Below are positions 11,721-21,127 of a stretch of 64,000 nt of DNA, piece after piece; positions within the stretch are counted from its first letter, which is position 1, and every line of letters starts with the position of its first letter. The translations under genes were made by a program, and so were the position numbers. The notes under the pieces were generated by a model, which saw only the letters and a program-made list of their open reading frames with translations, made no database searches and was not told the DNA's origin. The DNA comes from Nitrospirota bacterium (GTDB taxonomy: Bacteria > Nitrospirota > UBA9217), in NCBI GenBank assembly GCA_963845065.1, contig CAWJQQ010000002.1, positions 288,001 through 352,000 of the forward strand, read 5' to 3'.

Positions 11721-13196
11721 TCACTTCGGTTTCCACACTGTGCCCTCAGCTCGGTCAAACAATTCAACGCCACCATCGACAAGGATCTTTCTTATCCGGT
11801 CCGCTTCAGTCCAATCCCGGCGTGCTCGAGCTTCATTCCGGAGATGAATAAACTCTTCGATCCTCTCCAAAGAAATAGTTACATTGCCATCCGCGAGCCT
11901 TCCTTCTTTAAACCAGTCCGCAGGGCTTCGCAGAAAAATGCCTAGCGTCTTGCTCACATCTTCGAAAGAGGCAAAGGCTGCGTACAAGATGATGTTCGCT
12001 GCATCGGCATTCTTTTTGTCAGAGTCGGCCATGAACTTGTTCACATCGCGCACGAGGTCATATATGAGCCCAATAGCAAAGGCAGTATTGAAATCGTCAT
12101 CCATTGCATCTTCAAAGGCTTGGGGCAGGCACCTAATTTTTTCGTAGAGTTCCCGATCGGATGCTTCGATGACGTCCTCGGGCTTGGCTGTTGACGGTTT
12201 TTTCCCTTCAAGGAACTTCACTATCCCTTCTTTCATCGTGTAGAACCGGTCGAGCCCTGCCCGAGCATCTTTCAGGTTAGCGTCCGAAAAATCGATTGGG
12301 CTCCGGTAATGCGTGGAAAGAAGAAAAAGCCTCACGACTTCTGCATCATATTGACCGAGGATGTCTCGGATCGTGAAAAAATTCCCGAGGGACTTGGACA
12401 TTTTCTCCTGGTTGATGTTTACAAAACCATTATGGATCCAGTAATTCACAAATTTTTTACCCGAATACGCCTCACTCTGGGCAATTTCGTTTTCGTGGTG
12501 CGGAAAGATAAGGTCTTTGCCTCCGGCGTGTATATCGAAGGTCTCACCGAGGTGCTTGAAACCCATAGCGGTACACTCAATATGCCAACCCGGCCTGCCC
12601 GGCCCCCAAGGACTTGCCCAAGCAGGCTCGCCAGGTTTTGACGCTTTCCACAAAGCAAAATCAAGAGGATCCTGCTTACGTTCATCCACTTCGACCCGCG
12701 CACCCGCCTGCAAGTCCTCAATATTACGCTTCGAGAGTTTTCCATAGTCTTTAAAACTGACCACGCGAAAGTATACATCACCATCTATAACGTAAGCATG
12801 TCCATTATTTACGAGTTCCATGATGATTTTAATCATCTCGGCAATATGCTCGGTGGCCTTTGGTTCCACATCGGCCCTCTCTACACCGAGATGTTTCATG
12901 TCTGTCTGATACGCTTCAATATATTTGTGAGCCACCTCGGCAGGAGTGATCGCATCTTCCTTTGCCCGGTTGATTATCTTGTCATCGATATCGGTAAAGT
13001 TCCGCACATATTTCACGTCGAACCCCTTACGGCGGAAGTAACGCTGGATTAGGTCAAAGATAACAGCACCCCGGGCATGTCCGAGGTGGGAATAATCATA
13101 AACGGTAACACCGCATGCATACATCGTCACTTTGCCCGGATGGATGGGGATGAATTCCTCCTTCTTCCCCGTAAGCGTGTTAAAAATTTTTATCAT
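11721..13196 (-). CDS. cysS: Cysteinyl-tRNA synthetase
   Basis: HLGH and KMSKS motifs, GRPGWHIEC. Confidence 0.99.
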   Translation of the reverse strand: MIKIFNTLTGKKEEFIPIHPGKVTMYACGVTVYDYSHLGHARGAVIFDLIQRYFRRKGFDVKYVRNFTDIDDKIINRAKEDAITPAEVAHKYIEAYQTDMKHLGVERADVEPKATEHIAEMIKIIMELVNNGHAYVIDGDVYFRVVSFKDYGKLSKRNIEDLQAGARVEVDERKQDPLDFALWKASKPGEPAWASPWGPGRPGWHIECTAMGFKHLGETFDIHAGGKDLIFPHHENEIAQSEAYSGKKFVNYWIHNGFVNINQEKMSKSLGNFFTIRDILGQYDAEVVRLFLLSTHYRSPIDFSDANLKDARAGLDRFYTMKEGIVKFLEGKKPSTAKPEDVIEASDRELYEKIRCLPQAFEDAMDDDFNTAFAIGLIYDLVRDVNKFMADSDKKNADAANIILYAAFASFEDVSKTLGIFLRSPADWFKEGRLADGNVTISLERIEEFIHLRNEARARRDWTEADRIRKILVDGGVELFDRAEGTVWKPK

Positions 13197-13544
13197 ACGA
13201 TTGTAGTACCCTCGATGCGTGGATTCTGATTTATAGTTAGAACCCTGATTTTATACGGTAAGTGAGCGCTTTGTCAAGCAGTATTACATTATGAACCATT
13301 CGGCAGTAATGTATTTATCTGGCGAAAATTCATTTACATTTTCAAATCATCATGCTTTGGTTTTTGATACTGAAACTACGATTCGAGACCCAAGTCTTAA
13401 GCGAAAATGTTACATTTCTCACCGTGACATGGTTATTCGCATGTCGGTGAGCTGTCATATATGTGATCCAGAAGAGATGGTAATTCATAGATCCTTCAGG
13501 AGTCCATTTGCAGCTCGAATGCTATGAGCTCTCCCTCACTATGA

Positions 13545-13760
13545 TTATAGTGGTGGTTTCACGGTTCACTGACGAATGCGTGCTGAAAGTATGGCTCTCA
13601 GTTCGGCTTACTTCCATCTCCTCACGCGCACCGGTGAACTCTCGGTAAAATAAAGAAGCGTGCTGCCGCTGAGTTCTCCCGGTTCTCCAACATAGGGATG
13701 CCGTGTGATAACTTATCTCCTGTTGTTTTGCCCATACGCTAAGTTTCATGTAAATAATAT
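13545..13760 (-). pseudogene. Internally deleted IS607-family element (TnpA N-terminus joined to tnpB 3'-end-like sequence)
   Basis: MKLSVWAKQQEISYHTA.. resembles the MerR-like HTH start of the IS607 serine recombinase. It is followed by ACCGAGAGTTCACCGG...GTCAGTGAACCGTGAAACC. Confidence 0.6.
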
Positions 13761-13928
13761 ATCATATACTCAGAAGAGGATGTTTGCGGTGTTAAATTGA
13801 GAAAAATCCCTTGAGTTTTTTTTCGTAACATACTATATTAAACGCTCGTTATGAGCCTCAATAAAGTCTTTAAGTGTCTTTCAGCACAGTCTGCTGCGGG
13901 ACACACTAAGCCACTCAGGAGACCATGA

Positions 13929-14960
13929 ATGTCCAGAGCAGACAGATTCATTAAAGCATGCAGGCGTGAGGCGGTTGATTGTACGCCCGTATGGATGATG
14001 CGCCAGGCAGGACGATATTTGCCGGAATATCGCGAGATCCGGACAAAGCGCACTTTTCTTGAGATGTGCAAGACACCGGAGGTCGCCGCTGAGGTTACTA
14101 TCCAGCCCGTGAGGCGGTACGAGATCGATGCGGCGATCATCTTTGCCGACATACTGCTGCCGCTCGAACCCATGGGCATCGGCCTGGAATTTGCCAAAGG
14201 CGAGGGCCCACTAATCCACAATCCCGTTCGCACAATGGCAGACGTGTTGAAGCTCAAATCAATAGACGCTGCAAGCCAGATTGAGTACCTCATGAAGGCA
14301 ATCAAGATCGCACTGAAGGAACTTGGAGGAAAGGTGCCGCTTATCGGCTTCTCAGGCGCGCCCTTTACCCTTGCGAGCTATGTAATTGAAGGCGGCGGTT
14401 CGCGAAACTACGAGCACGCCAAAACAATGATGTTCGCCGAACCCCAGGCCTGGCACAAGCTTATGGAACACCTTACTGGAGTCATTATCAATTATCTAAA
14501 TGCCCAGATCGATGCCGGCGTGCAGGTTGTCCAACTCTTCGATTCGTGGGTTGGCGCTCTCGGCCCGAGCGACTATCGAGAATTTGTGCTCCCGCACCAA
14601 AAAAACGTGATTGCGGGGATCAAAAAATCGGTTCCGCTTATCCACTTCGCCAATGGCGCTACCCATCTCCTGGAGATGGTGGCCGAGGCAGGCGGCGACG
14701 TGATCGGTCTCGATTGGCGCTGCGACCTGGACACCGCCTGGAAACGCATTGGATTGGACAAGGCGATTCAGGGTAACCTCGACCCCATCACCCTCTTCGG
14801 TTCCAAAGAGTTCATCCGGAAACGGACCAAGGAAATTCTCGATCGTGCCGGCGGAAGGAATGGCCATATCATGAACCTTGGGCACGGCATCCTTCAACAA
14901 ACTCCGCTCGAGAGTGCGGCCGAGTTCATCAATGCAACGCATGAGTTGAGCAGGAAATAG
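13929..14960 (+). CDS. hemE: Uroporphyrinogen decarboxylase
   Basis: Motifs PVWMMRQAGRYLPEY, IQGNLDP and NLGHG. Confidence 0.98.
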   Translation: MSRADRFIKACRREAVDCTPVWMMRQAGRYLPEYREIRTKRTFLEMCKTPEVAAEVTIQPVRRYEIDAAIIFADILLPLEPMGIGLEFAKGEGPLIHNPVRTMADVLKLKSIDAASQIEYLMKAIKIALKELGGKVPLIGFSGAPFTLASYVIEGGGSRNYEHAKTMMFAEPQAWHKLMEHLTGVIINYLNAQIDAGVQVVQLFDSWVGALGPSDYREFVLPHQKNVIAGIKKSVPLIHFANGATHLLEMVAEAGGDVIGLDWRCDLDTAWKRIGLDKAIQGNLDPITLFGSKEFIRKRTKEILDRAGGRNGHIMNLGHGILQQTPLESAAEFINATHELSRK

Positions 14961-15016
14961 GGGCCTTGTCGTGTTCTGAATGCTTTGCTGAACCTTGCAC
15001 CACAAACCCGTTCATT

Positions 15017-15910
15017 ATGTCCAATACTGCAATCATACTCATCGCACTCGGCGGCCCGAAAGATCTAGACGATGTCGGGCCGTTCATGACGGCCTTTATG
15101 GGCCGCCCAGCTCCTCTGTCCGTCGTCTCCGCGGTAATCGAGCGTTACAAACTCATCGGAGGCAAATCTCCGCTTCCAGAGATCGTAAAAGCTCAGGCTA
15201 TATCACTCGCTAAAGAGCTTGGCAGCGGGTATCGCGTCTACGAAGGGTTTAGATACTCCTCACCGACGATTGGGGAGTCATATGACAAGGCGGTGCTAGA
15301 TGGCGCGACCCATGTGATCGGCCTCTCATTGTCGCCATTCGAGACAGAGGTTACGACGGGAACTTACCGATCTGCCTTCGACCTGCTCGGCGAAGGCTCC
15401 ATAGGGAAAACCTTCATTTCGAGCTGGCATGACAATGCCATGTTCATCGACGCGTGGGAAGAACGCGTGTCCGACGGTTTGAAGCGGCTTCGCCCGGAAC
15501 AGCAAAGGTCCGCAGTAGTGATATTTACGAGCCATAGCATTCCAACACGGTATATAGCCGCTGGCGATCCCTACAGGTGGCAGATAGAAGAAACCATTAA
15601 ACGCATCGTTGCGCGGCTGAATATTCGGCTATGGCGAATGGCGTGGCAAAGCAAGGGTATTCGCGCAACAGAACCGTGGCTCGAGCCTGAGGTAGAACCC
15701 ACGCTTGAAAAGATCAAGCAGGAGGGTTATGAAACAGTGCTTGAAGTCCCCCTTGGCTTCACCTGCGACAACATGGAAACGCTCTACGACATAGACATCC
15801 TCCATCGCTCACATGCGAAGAAACTGGGGATCGAGTTCGAACGGGCTGAATCGCTGAATATGTCTAAACGCTTCATCAAGGCGTTGGCGGACATCGTGAA
15901 AAAAGCGTAG
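15017..15910 (+). CDS. hemH: Ferrochelatase
   Basis: RYKLIGGKSPL, FTSHSIP, GDPY, WLEP, ETLYDID. Start re-set to MSNT. Confidence 0.93.
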   Translation: MSNTAIILIALGGPKDLDDVGPFMTAFMGRPAPLSVVSAVIERYKLIGGKSPLPEIVKAQAISLAKELGSGYRVYEGFRYSSPTIGESYDKAVLDGATHVIGLSLSPFETEVTTGTYRSAFDLLGEGSIGKTFISSWHDNAMFIDAWEERVSDGLKRLRPEQQRSAVVIFTSHSIPTRYIAAGDPYRWQIEETIKRIVARLNIRLWRMAWQSKGIRATEPWLEPEVEPTLEKIKQEGYETVLEVPLGFTCDNMETLYDIDILHRSHAKKLGIEFERAESLNMSKRFIKALADIVKKA

Positions 15911-16078
15911 GAAGCCACAACAAGCGCGACACTATAATGCAAATTACTGCTTCAATACTGCCGACTGTTGTGGTTTTTATTAAAAAAAATTTATAAAAAT
16001 AGTGACTACTCGATGACAGGTTATCATTGCAATGCGAGTGGTCATCTGCGCAAATCTGGGTTCAAAGGATTATAACCT

Positions 16079-17503
16079 ATGACGAAAATCATTATCATAG
16101 GCGGCGGGATAGCCGGTCTGGCTGCCGCTGTCCATCTCAAGGCCGGGGCCAAGGCATACAATAAGACTGTTGATGTGCTGCTGCTCGAGAAGAATGGCCG
16201 TATCGGCGGCAAAATCCTGACGGAAAAACATGACAAATTTCTGATTGAAGGTGGGCCCGATAGTTTTCTTCCTGAAAAAATCTGGACCGTAAATCTTGCC
16301 AAGCGCCTTGGGCTCGAACCTCAAATGCTGCCTTCGAATGACCAGTTCAAAGGCACGTTCATCTATTCGAACAAAGAGCTCCATGCACTGCCCGAGGGCG
16401 TGATGCTCATGGTGCCGACTTCGTTCTGGCCCATGGCAAAGTCTCGCCTCATCACTTGGCCCGGCAAAATCCGAATGGGCATGGAAGTGTTCGTACCAAA
16501 GCGCAGACTCAGGGATGACGAAAGCCTTGCCTCCTTTGTCACGCGCAGGCTCGGCCGCGAGTGCCTGGAAAAGATCGCGGAGCCACTCGTGGGCGGCATC
16601 CATACATCGAACCCTAACAACATGAGCGTTCTGGCAACATTTCCGCGCTTCATACAAATGGAGCAGAAGAGCGGCAGCTTGATTCTCGGCATGATCGCTG
16701 CCTTAAAGAACAGACCTCATGCAACTCTGAGCGGTCCGCCGCCCAAACCCGGTCAACCCAGAATGACCTACTTCATGAGCTTCAAAAACGGCATGCAAAC
16801 TTTATCACAGGCCTGCGCTGACTATATCGGCAGCAACTCGATCCGCTTCAACTCCCCGGTCAAAGCGGTCGAACCGAAGGGCAAAAGTTATTCCGTAATA
16901 CTTGAAAGCGGTGAGTTCCTGGAAGCGGACGAAGTCATGATCGCCTCGGCCGCTTATGATGCCGCCAATATGGTAAAAGAGTTCGATGCAAACCTTGCAT
17001 CGCAGATGAATAAGATCGAATGGTCATCCTCCGCTACAGTATCGATCGCGTTCTTAAAGGATGACATAAGGGTCCCACTCCAGGGGTTCGGCTTTATCGT
17101 TCCTCGCGTTGAGGGCAGGAGGGTCAACGCGGCGACCTACAGCTCCATCAAGTGGTCCTTCCGAGCACCCGATCATCAAGTTCTCATTCGAGGATTTGTC
17201 GGCGGTGGCCATCACGAGGAGCTCGTTAACGAATTCGATGATGCCAGCATGGTCAACATGATGCTCGAAGAGCTCGACGGTATTGTCGGCCTTAAGGCGA
17301 ATGCGCAATTTTCGAAAGTATACCGCTGGCACAAAGGTATGCCGAAATACACCGTTGGGCACCTGAACAGAATAGCCCTACTCGATCGGATGCTCTCGAT
17401 CCATCCAGGACTGCATCTGATCGGCTGTTCGTACAAGGGCATTGGCATCGGAGACTGTGTACATGAGGCACAGATCGCGGCGGAAAAAATATTGAAAGGT
17501 TAG
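16079..17503 (+). CDS. hemY: HemY-type proto/coproporphyrinogen oxidase
   Basis: GGGIAGL FAD motif, EGGPDSF, MPKYTVGH, GIGIGDCV. Confidence 0.93.
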   Translation: MTKIIIIGGGIAGLAAAVHLKAGAKAYNKTVDVLLLEKNGRIGGKILTEKHDKFLIEGGPDSFLPEKIWTVNLAKRLGLEPQMLPSNDQFKGTFIYSNKELHALPEGVMLMVPTSFWPMAKSRLITWPGKIRMGMEVFVPKRRLRDDESLASFVTRRLGRECLEKIAEPLVGGIHTSNPNNMSVLATFPRFIQMEQKSGSLILGMIAALKNRPHATLSGPPPKPGQPRMTYFMSFKNGMQTLSQACADYIGSNSIRFNSPVKAVEPKGKSYSVILESGEFLEADEVMIASAAYDAANMVKEFDANLASQMNKIEWSSSATVSIAFLKDDIRVPLQGFGFIVPRVEGRRVNAATYSSIKWSFRAPDHQVLIRGFVGGGHHEELVNEFDDASMVNMMLEELDGIVGLKANAQFSKVYRWHKGMPKYTVGHLNRIALLDRMLSIHPGLHLIGCSYKGIGIGDCVHEAQIAAEKILKG

Positions 17504-17523
17504 CATGAGGCAATCGGTAAAAA

Positions 17524-17801
17524 ACACCTTTCCCCGACCTGATGGACGGGGATACCCGAATCAGGCTCTCACTACTGAGAGCCACTGCTGATTCTGTTTT
17601 CGGATGCGGCAGAGATGTTTGCCACTTCCCCGATTCATGGGCTGATGATGCTGGCCTGGTATTTCTCCAGGCGAACCGGTTGACCGAAGGCTGTGCCAAA
17701 CAGCCACTACTCCAGGAGACACCTTTGTGTTCCGGGAGATACTTTTTAAGAATGTTGATTGCTCCGTTCACGTCAGCATGAATTACGGCGCCGCAATGCA
17801 T
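17524..17801 (-). pseudogene. tnpB 3' fragment with right-end hairpin (IS200/IS605)
   Basis: CGAVIHADVNGAINILKK matches the TnpB RuvC-III region. RE-like GTATCCCCGTCCATCAGGTCGGGGAAAGGTGT. Confidence 0.75.
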
Positions 17802-17858
17802 AATCTACGCGGTTACCAAAAAAAACTCAAGGAGTTTAATCGGCTCTGAAGTCGGATA

Positions 17859-18032
17859 TTAGAGTGCTGTGCCCAATCCCTTCCAATACCAAATAGCAGT
17901 GAATGCAATGATAGCTGCCAAAATCCAGACTATATACTTTGATGGGCATTTTTTTTTGGCTCGCTCTTTTAATCCCCCGCGTTCCCAATCGATCCTTTTT
18001 TCTCGGTACCAATCCCTATCCTCCATCCCCAT
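17859..18032 (-). CDS. Small membrane protein (57 aa), absent from the ORF track
   Basis: MGMEDRDWYREKRIDWERGGLKERAKKKCPSKYIVWILAAIIAFTAIWYWKGLGTAL. GAGGTG RBS and one TM helix. Confidence 0.75.
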   Translation of the reverse strand: MGMEDRDWYREKRIDWERGGLKERAKKKCPSKYIVWILAAIIAFTAIWYWKGLGTAL

Positions 18033-18128
18033 AGCCACCTCTCAAAACAATGCAACCGATTCAAAATTCGAGAAATGCGATTTCCAGAAACTAGTGCCAT
18101 CTCTGTCCAGCCTGCCGCATTTCAATCA

Positions 18129-18510
18129 GTGAATGCTCTCGCAACCAAATGTTGGTTGGGGCTTCCAAGAAGGTGGTTCCTTCTCAGGGATAGCCAACCG
18201 TTTGGAAGATGCAGTGTCACTTACGGGAGTTTCCTCTCGCAAAGTCGGTTGTGATTTAAATGTTGTAAATATCATGTAAGATACCATCTTGGAACCCATG
18301 TCAAATCACAGATCAGTCATGTTGTGCCATGAGTATCAGTTTTACGATACTACCCAAATACTGGTGCCAACTCCATACTGATTGTCAAAAAAACTGATTC
18401 CTATTTTAGCAAATTGTTACTGGTTGTCAAGTGTTCAGTTGCCGCTTGTCAAGCCGCTAGATAGCAAAAGCACCAATGCATCCCCGACCAAAACATGTTG
18501 GCCAGGCACA
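18129..18510 (-). mobile_element. Protein-free IS200/IS605 mini-element, copy A (LE, promoter, structured RNA, RE ending TCAC)
   Basis: Colinear homolog of 62520-62904 in inverted orientation. TTGACA-N16-TAAAAT promoter. RE GAAGCCCCAACCAACATTTGGTTGCGAGAGCATTCAC. Confidence 0.85.
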
Positions 18511-18650
18511 AGAAAATATAAATCTCCGGGCCATTATTGTCAATCCAGTGAAAGACAGTTTGTATCCAAACCTAGTCTGTCCTTGACAGCCAGTGAAACG
18601 AGATGTTTACTTTATATAGAAACTGTATTGGAGAAATGAGGTGATTTTCC

Positions 18651-19319
18651 ATGTCAAATAAACTGACGCATTGGAGCAGCACTTTTTTGATACTTTCCGG
18701 CGTTCTTATCGCAGTACCGATTCTCTTCAATCCTGATGTAGACCAGCCCGGATTCGCACTGCAGCAAGCTTGGGTTCCGGTTCATATCCTTTTCGGGATA
18801 TCAGCTCTGCTCGGGATTGCTGGAATTGGCGCTTTCTATCGTGTTCTGGGTTCCCGCATGTCGAAAATCGGGCATGTAGCCTTCGTCCTCGCTCTGCTCG
18901 GCAATATCCTCCTGACTGGGTTGATGTTCTTCGTGGAGGCGGCGATCGTCCCGGTCCTGGCAGCTCATTCAAAATACGAAGCTCTTATGAGCATCACGGG
19001 GCCGCTCATGAGCGGTACTTTCGGTGCTATGGTCACGATATCTTTCGCGATCATGGGTGTTGGATCTTTGCTTCTCGCGGCGTATCTCGTGGCAACGAGG
19101 ACAATATCGGTACTGAATGGCATTCTCTTCATCGGTGCACCTATCGCTGGATTTGCTCCTCCGTATCCCACTATGTTAGGGATAATCGGCGGTGTGATTC
19201 TGGGCACTGCTCTCATCTGGCTCGGACTCTCGATCCGGAATGGAATCGCCCATGAATCGCTGGCATCTGAATTTGTTGCCTATGATGAATGTTTGCTTCA
19301 GGCGGGAGGGCATGCCTGA
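18651..19319 (+). CDS. Hypothetical multi-pass membrane protein
   Basis: 222 aa with ~6 hydrophobic segments, GAGGTG RBS and an upstream TTGACA box. Confidence 0.85.
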   Translation: MSNKLTHWSSTFLILSGVLIAVPILFNPDVDQPGFALQQAWVPVHILFGISALLGIAGIGAFYRVLGSRMSKIGHVAFVLALLGNILLTGLMFFVEAAIVPVLAAHSKYEALMSITGPLMSGTFGAMVTISFAIMGVGSLLLAAYLVATRTISVLNGILFIGAPIAGFAPPYPTMLGIIGGVILGTALIWLGLSIRNGIAHESLASEFVAYDECLLQAGGHA

Positions 19320-20996
19320 CCTACCCCATGTCTAAAGACAGGGGGTTCTAACGGCAATACCGACAGGCTTTCCGGCAACAATACAGAGGTTGCCGGCATC
19401 GACTATCGTTGATCCGTTTTTAACGGGCAAGCAACTCTGTCTCCGGTTCGTGGTGTTGGCTCTCATGTTGTTAATACCGAAGCTGGCCGGGTGAATTCGG
19501 CCATTTGCCGCTGCAAACTGCACCCTCAACACCGCCCGTTCCAGGAGCAGGTTTGCACCCGGCCAAGCTGCTGCGGCTTGACGCGTGTCGAGGACATTTT
19601 CAAAAACATATTTTGCAAGATATGCGGAGTAGAGATCGCGTTGAGTGTTTACCCCGCAGTTACAGTCATGCCATCTGTGGGATAGCGGTTTTTTGGCTAC
19701 TTCCCCGCAGTGGCATGTCTCTGAAAGCTTCGTGCTCCGGGTAGAAAATTCAGTTACTTTACCGCCAGCGTTTTCGGCTTTGCGGCGAAGCATCGAAATA
19801 AACATCCCCGGAGCGCGTCTTGAAATACTTTTACCATAGAGTTTCTGGAATGCTCTGTACGACAGTTTCTCGGTCTTTATGTTGGTTCCGAGCTTAAGAA
19901 TTTCATTGGCTAACGTGCCATGAGCCCGTTTTCTGGTTTCAGCCAAAACTCGCTGTAGCTCGGCTAGTTCAGCCTTAAGCGCACGGTATTTAGCAGAGAA
20001 TATCCACCACTTTTTACCCTTGCCGGCACCAGTCTTAGTCGTGCCGTCTTCGTTGTAGTTGTCCGGGTTGATAGCCCTCAGGCTTCTGGCCATCTTACGC
20101 TGAACCACGCGGATTTGTTTGTACGGAATCTCGACTTCCGGACAAAATGCTACGAGCAACGCATCGGTATCGCTAACGATAGCACCCGTGGATGGACCAA
20201 TATCAAGGCCGACCGTTTCGGTGCCGATCATATTTTCACGCTTGATCCTGGCCGTGCCTTTAAGCACGAGTTGGGCGAACCAGCAGGCGTTACCGCAGAT
20301 GGTTTTCTTCACCAAACGAACATATTTAACATCATGGCTAAGCGCATGTGCCTGAACGCCAAACTTGTCTTTTTTGTCGAAGACACAGGTAAGGCTAAGT
20401 CCAGACCATTCAACATGGTCATCGCACCACCGAATACCGGACGTGTTGTTTTTACCTTCAAGGGACGACATCCAGGCATGGCGCTTGAAACGTAGTTTAC
20501 CATGCTTGCCGAATTCGTAGTCAGCAACGGCATTAAACGACCTGGTCGCTATCTTCTGGGCGGCCAGGCTGTCAATATGGTCTCCGATCCAACACGAATT
20601 GCGGAGGCTCCCGACATAATCATGGAGATGGTATTCGGTATATTCAGCTATGTTTCTGGCTGTCTTGAACATTTTAGTGCGTAGCCTGCTCTTTTTCTTC
20701 TTGATCGCTGAACGCCATTTTTTAGAGCTACGCATGGCGGCAAGACGTTTCATCGCTTCACTAAGACAGGCATTATATAGATAACGACCAGCTTCGAGTC
20801 GGACATTAAGCATTCGATTGTCTTTTGGGGTTGTTACGAGTTGAAACTCGTGGATAAATGTTGGAGTTTTAAGTTTATCTGGCATTGATTGCTCAACTAT
20901 ACCATATAGATATACATTTGTCCAGCAATTGCTGAAAAACAAAATTCCCGCATTCATCCCCATGGTTAAAACCAGGGGCTTTCTGCGGATAGTTTG
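19316..20996 (-). mobile_element. IS200/IS605 family TnpB-only element, copy 1
   Basis: TTAC|CAAACTATCCGCAG-AAAG-CCCCTGGTTTTAACCATGGGG left end and GAAC-CCCCTGTCTTTAGACATGGGG-TAGG-TCAG right end, both shared with 39387-41050. Confidence 0.93.
19332..20885 (-). CDS. tnpB: RNA-guided nuclease TnpB (517 aa)
   Basis: RuvC-I VGLDIG, RuvC-II IKTEKL, Zn finger CHCG..CNCG, RuvC-III QRDLYSA. Start re-set to MPDKLK by alignment with copy 2. Confidence 0.92.
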   Translation of the reverse strand: MPDKLKTPTFIHEFQLVTTPKDNRMLNVRLEAGRYLYNACLSEAMKRLAAMRSSKKWRSAIKKKKSRLRTKMFKTARNIAEYTEYHLHDYVGSLRNSCWIGDHIDSLAAQKIATRSFNAVADYEFGKHGKLRFKRHAWMSSLEGKNNTSGIRWCDDHVEWSGLSLTCVFDKKDKFGVQAHALSHDVKYVRLVKKTICGNACWFAQLVLKGTARIKRENMIGTETVGLDIGPSTGAIVSDTDALLVAFCPEVEIPYKQIRVVQRKMARSLRAINPDNYNEDGTTKTGAGKGKKWWIFSAKYRALKAELAELQRVLAETRKRAHGTLANEILKLGTNIKTEKLSYRAFQKLYGKSISRRAPGMFISMLRRKAENAGGKVTEFSTRSTKLSETCHCGEVAKKPLSHRWHDCNCGVNTQRDLYSAYLAKYVFENVLDTRQAAAAWPGANLLLERAVLRVQFAAANGRIHPASFGINNMRANTTNRRQSCLPVKNGSTIVDAGNLCIVAGKPVGIAVRTPCL

Positions 20997-21127
20997 GTAA
21001 CTTTTTGTAAAGTGGATAAATGAGCGGTCCGGTTTGAGGGTTTTAATCGACCCGTGCAGTTAATCAGGCGCGGGGTGCGAAACGTTTGCAAAAAAATACT
21101 TTTTTAACTTAAAAAAACATGGCTTGA

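Noticed and set aside
20886..20963. N-terminal extension of TnpB copy 1 (MGMNAG..)
   Set aside because: Lies in the left-end hairpin/promoter. Copy 2 has a stop there and starts at the equivalent MP.
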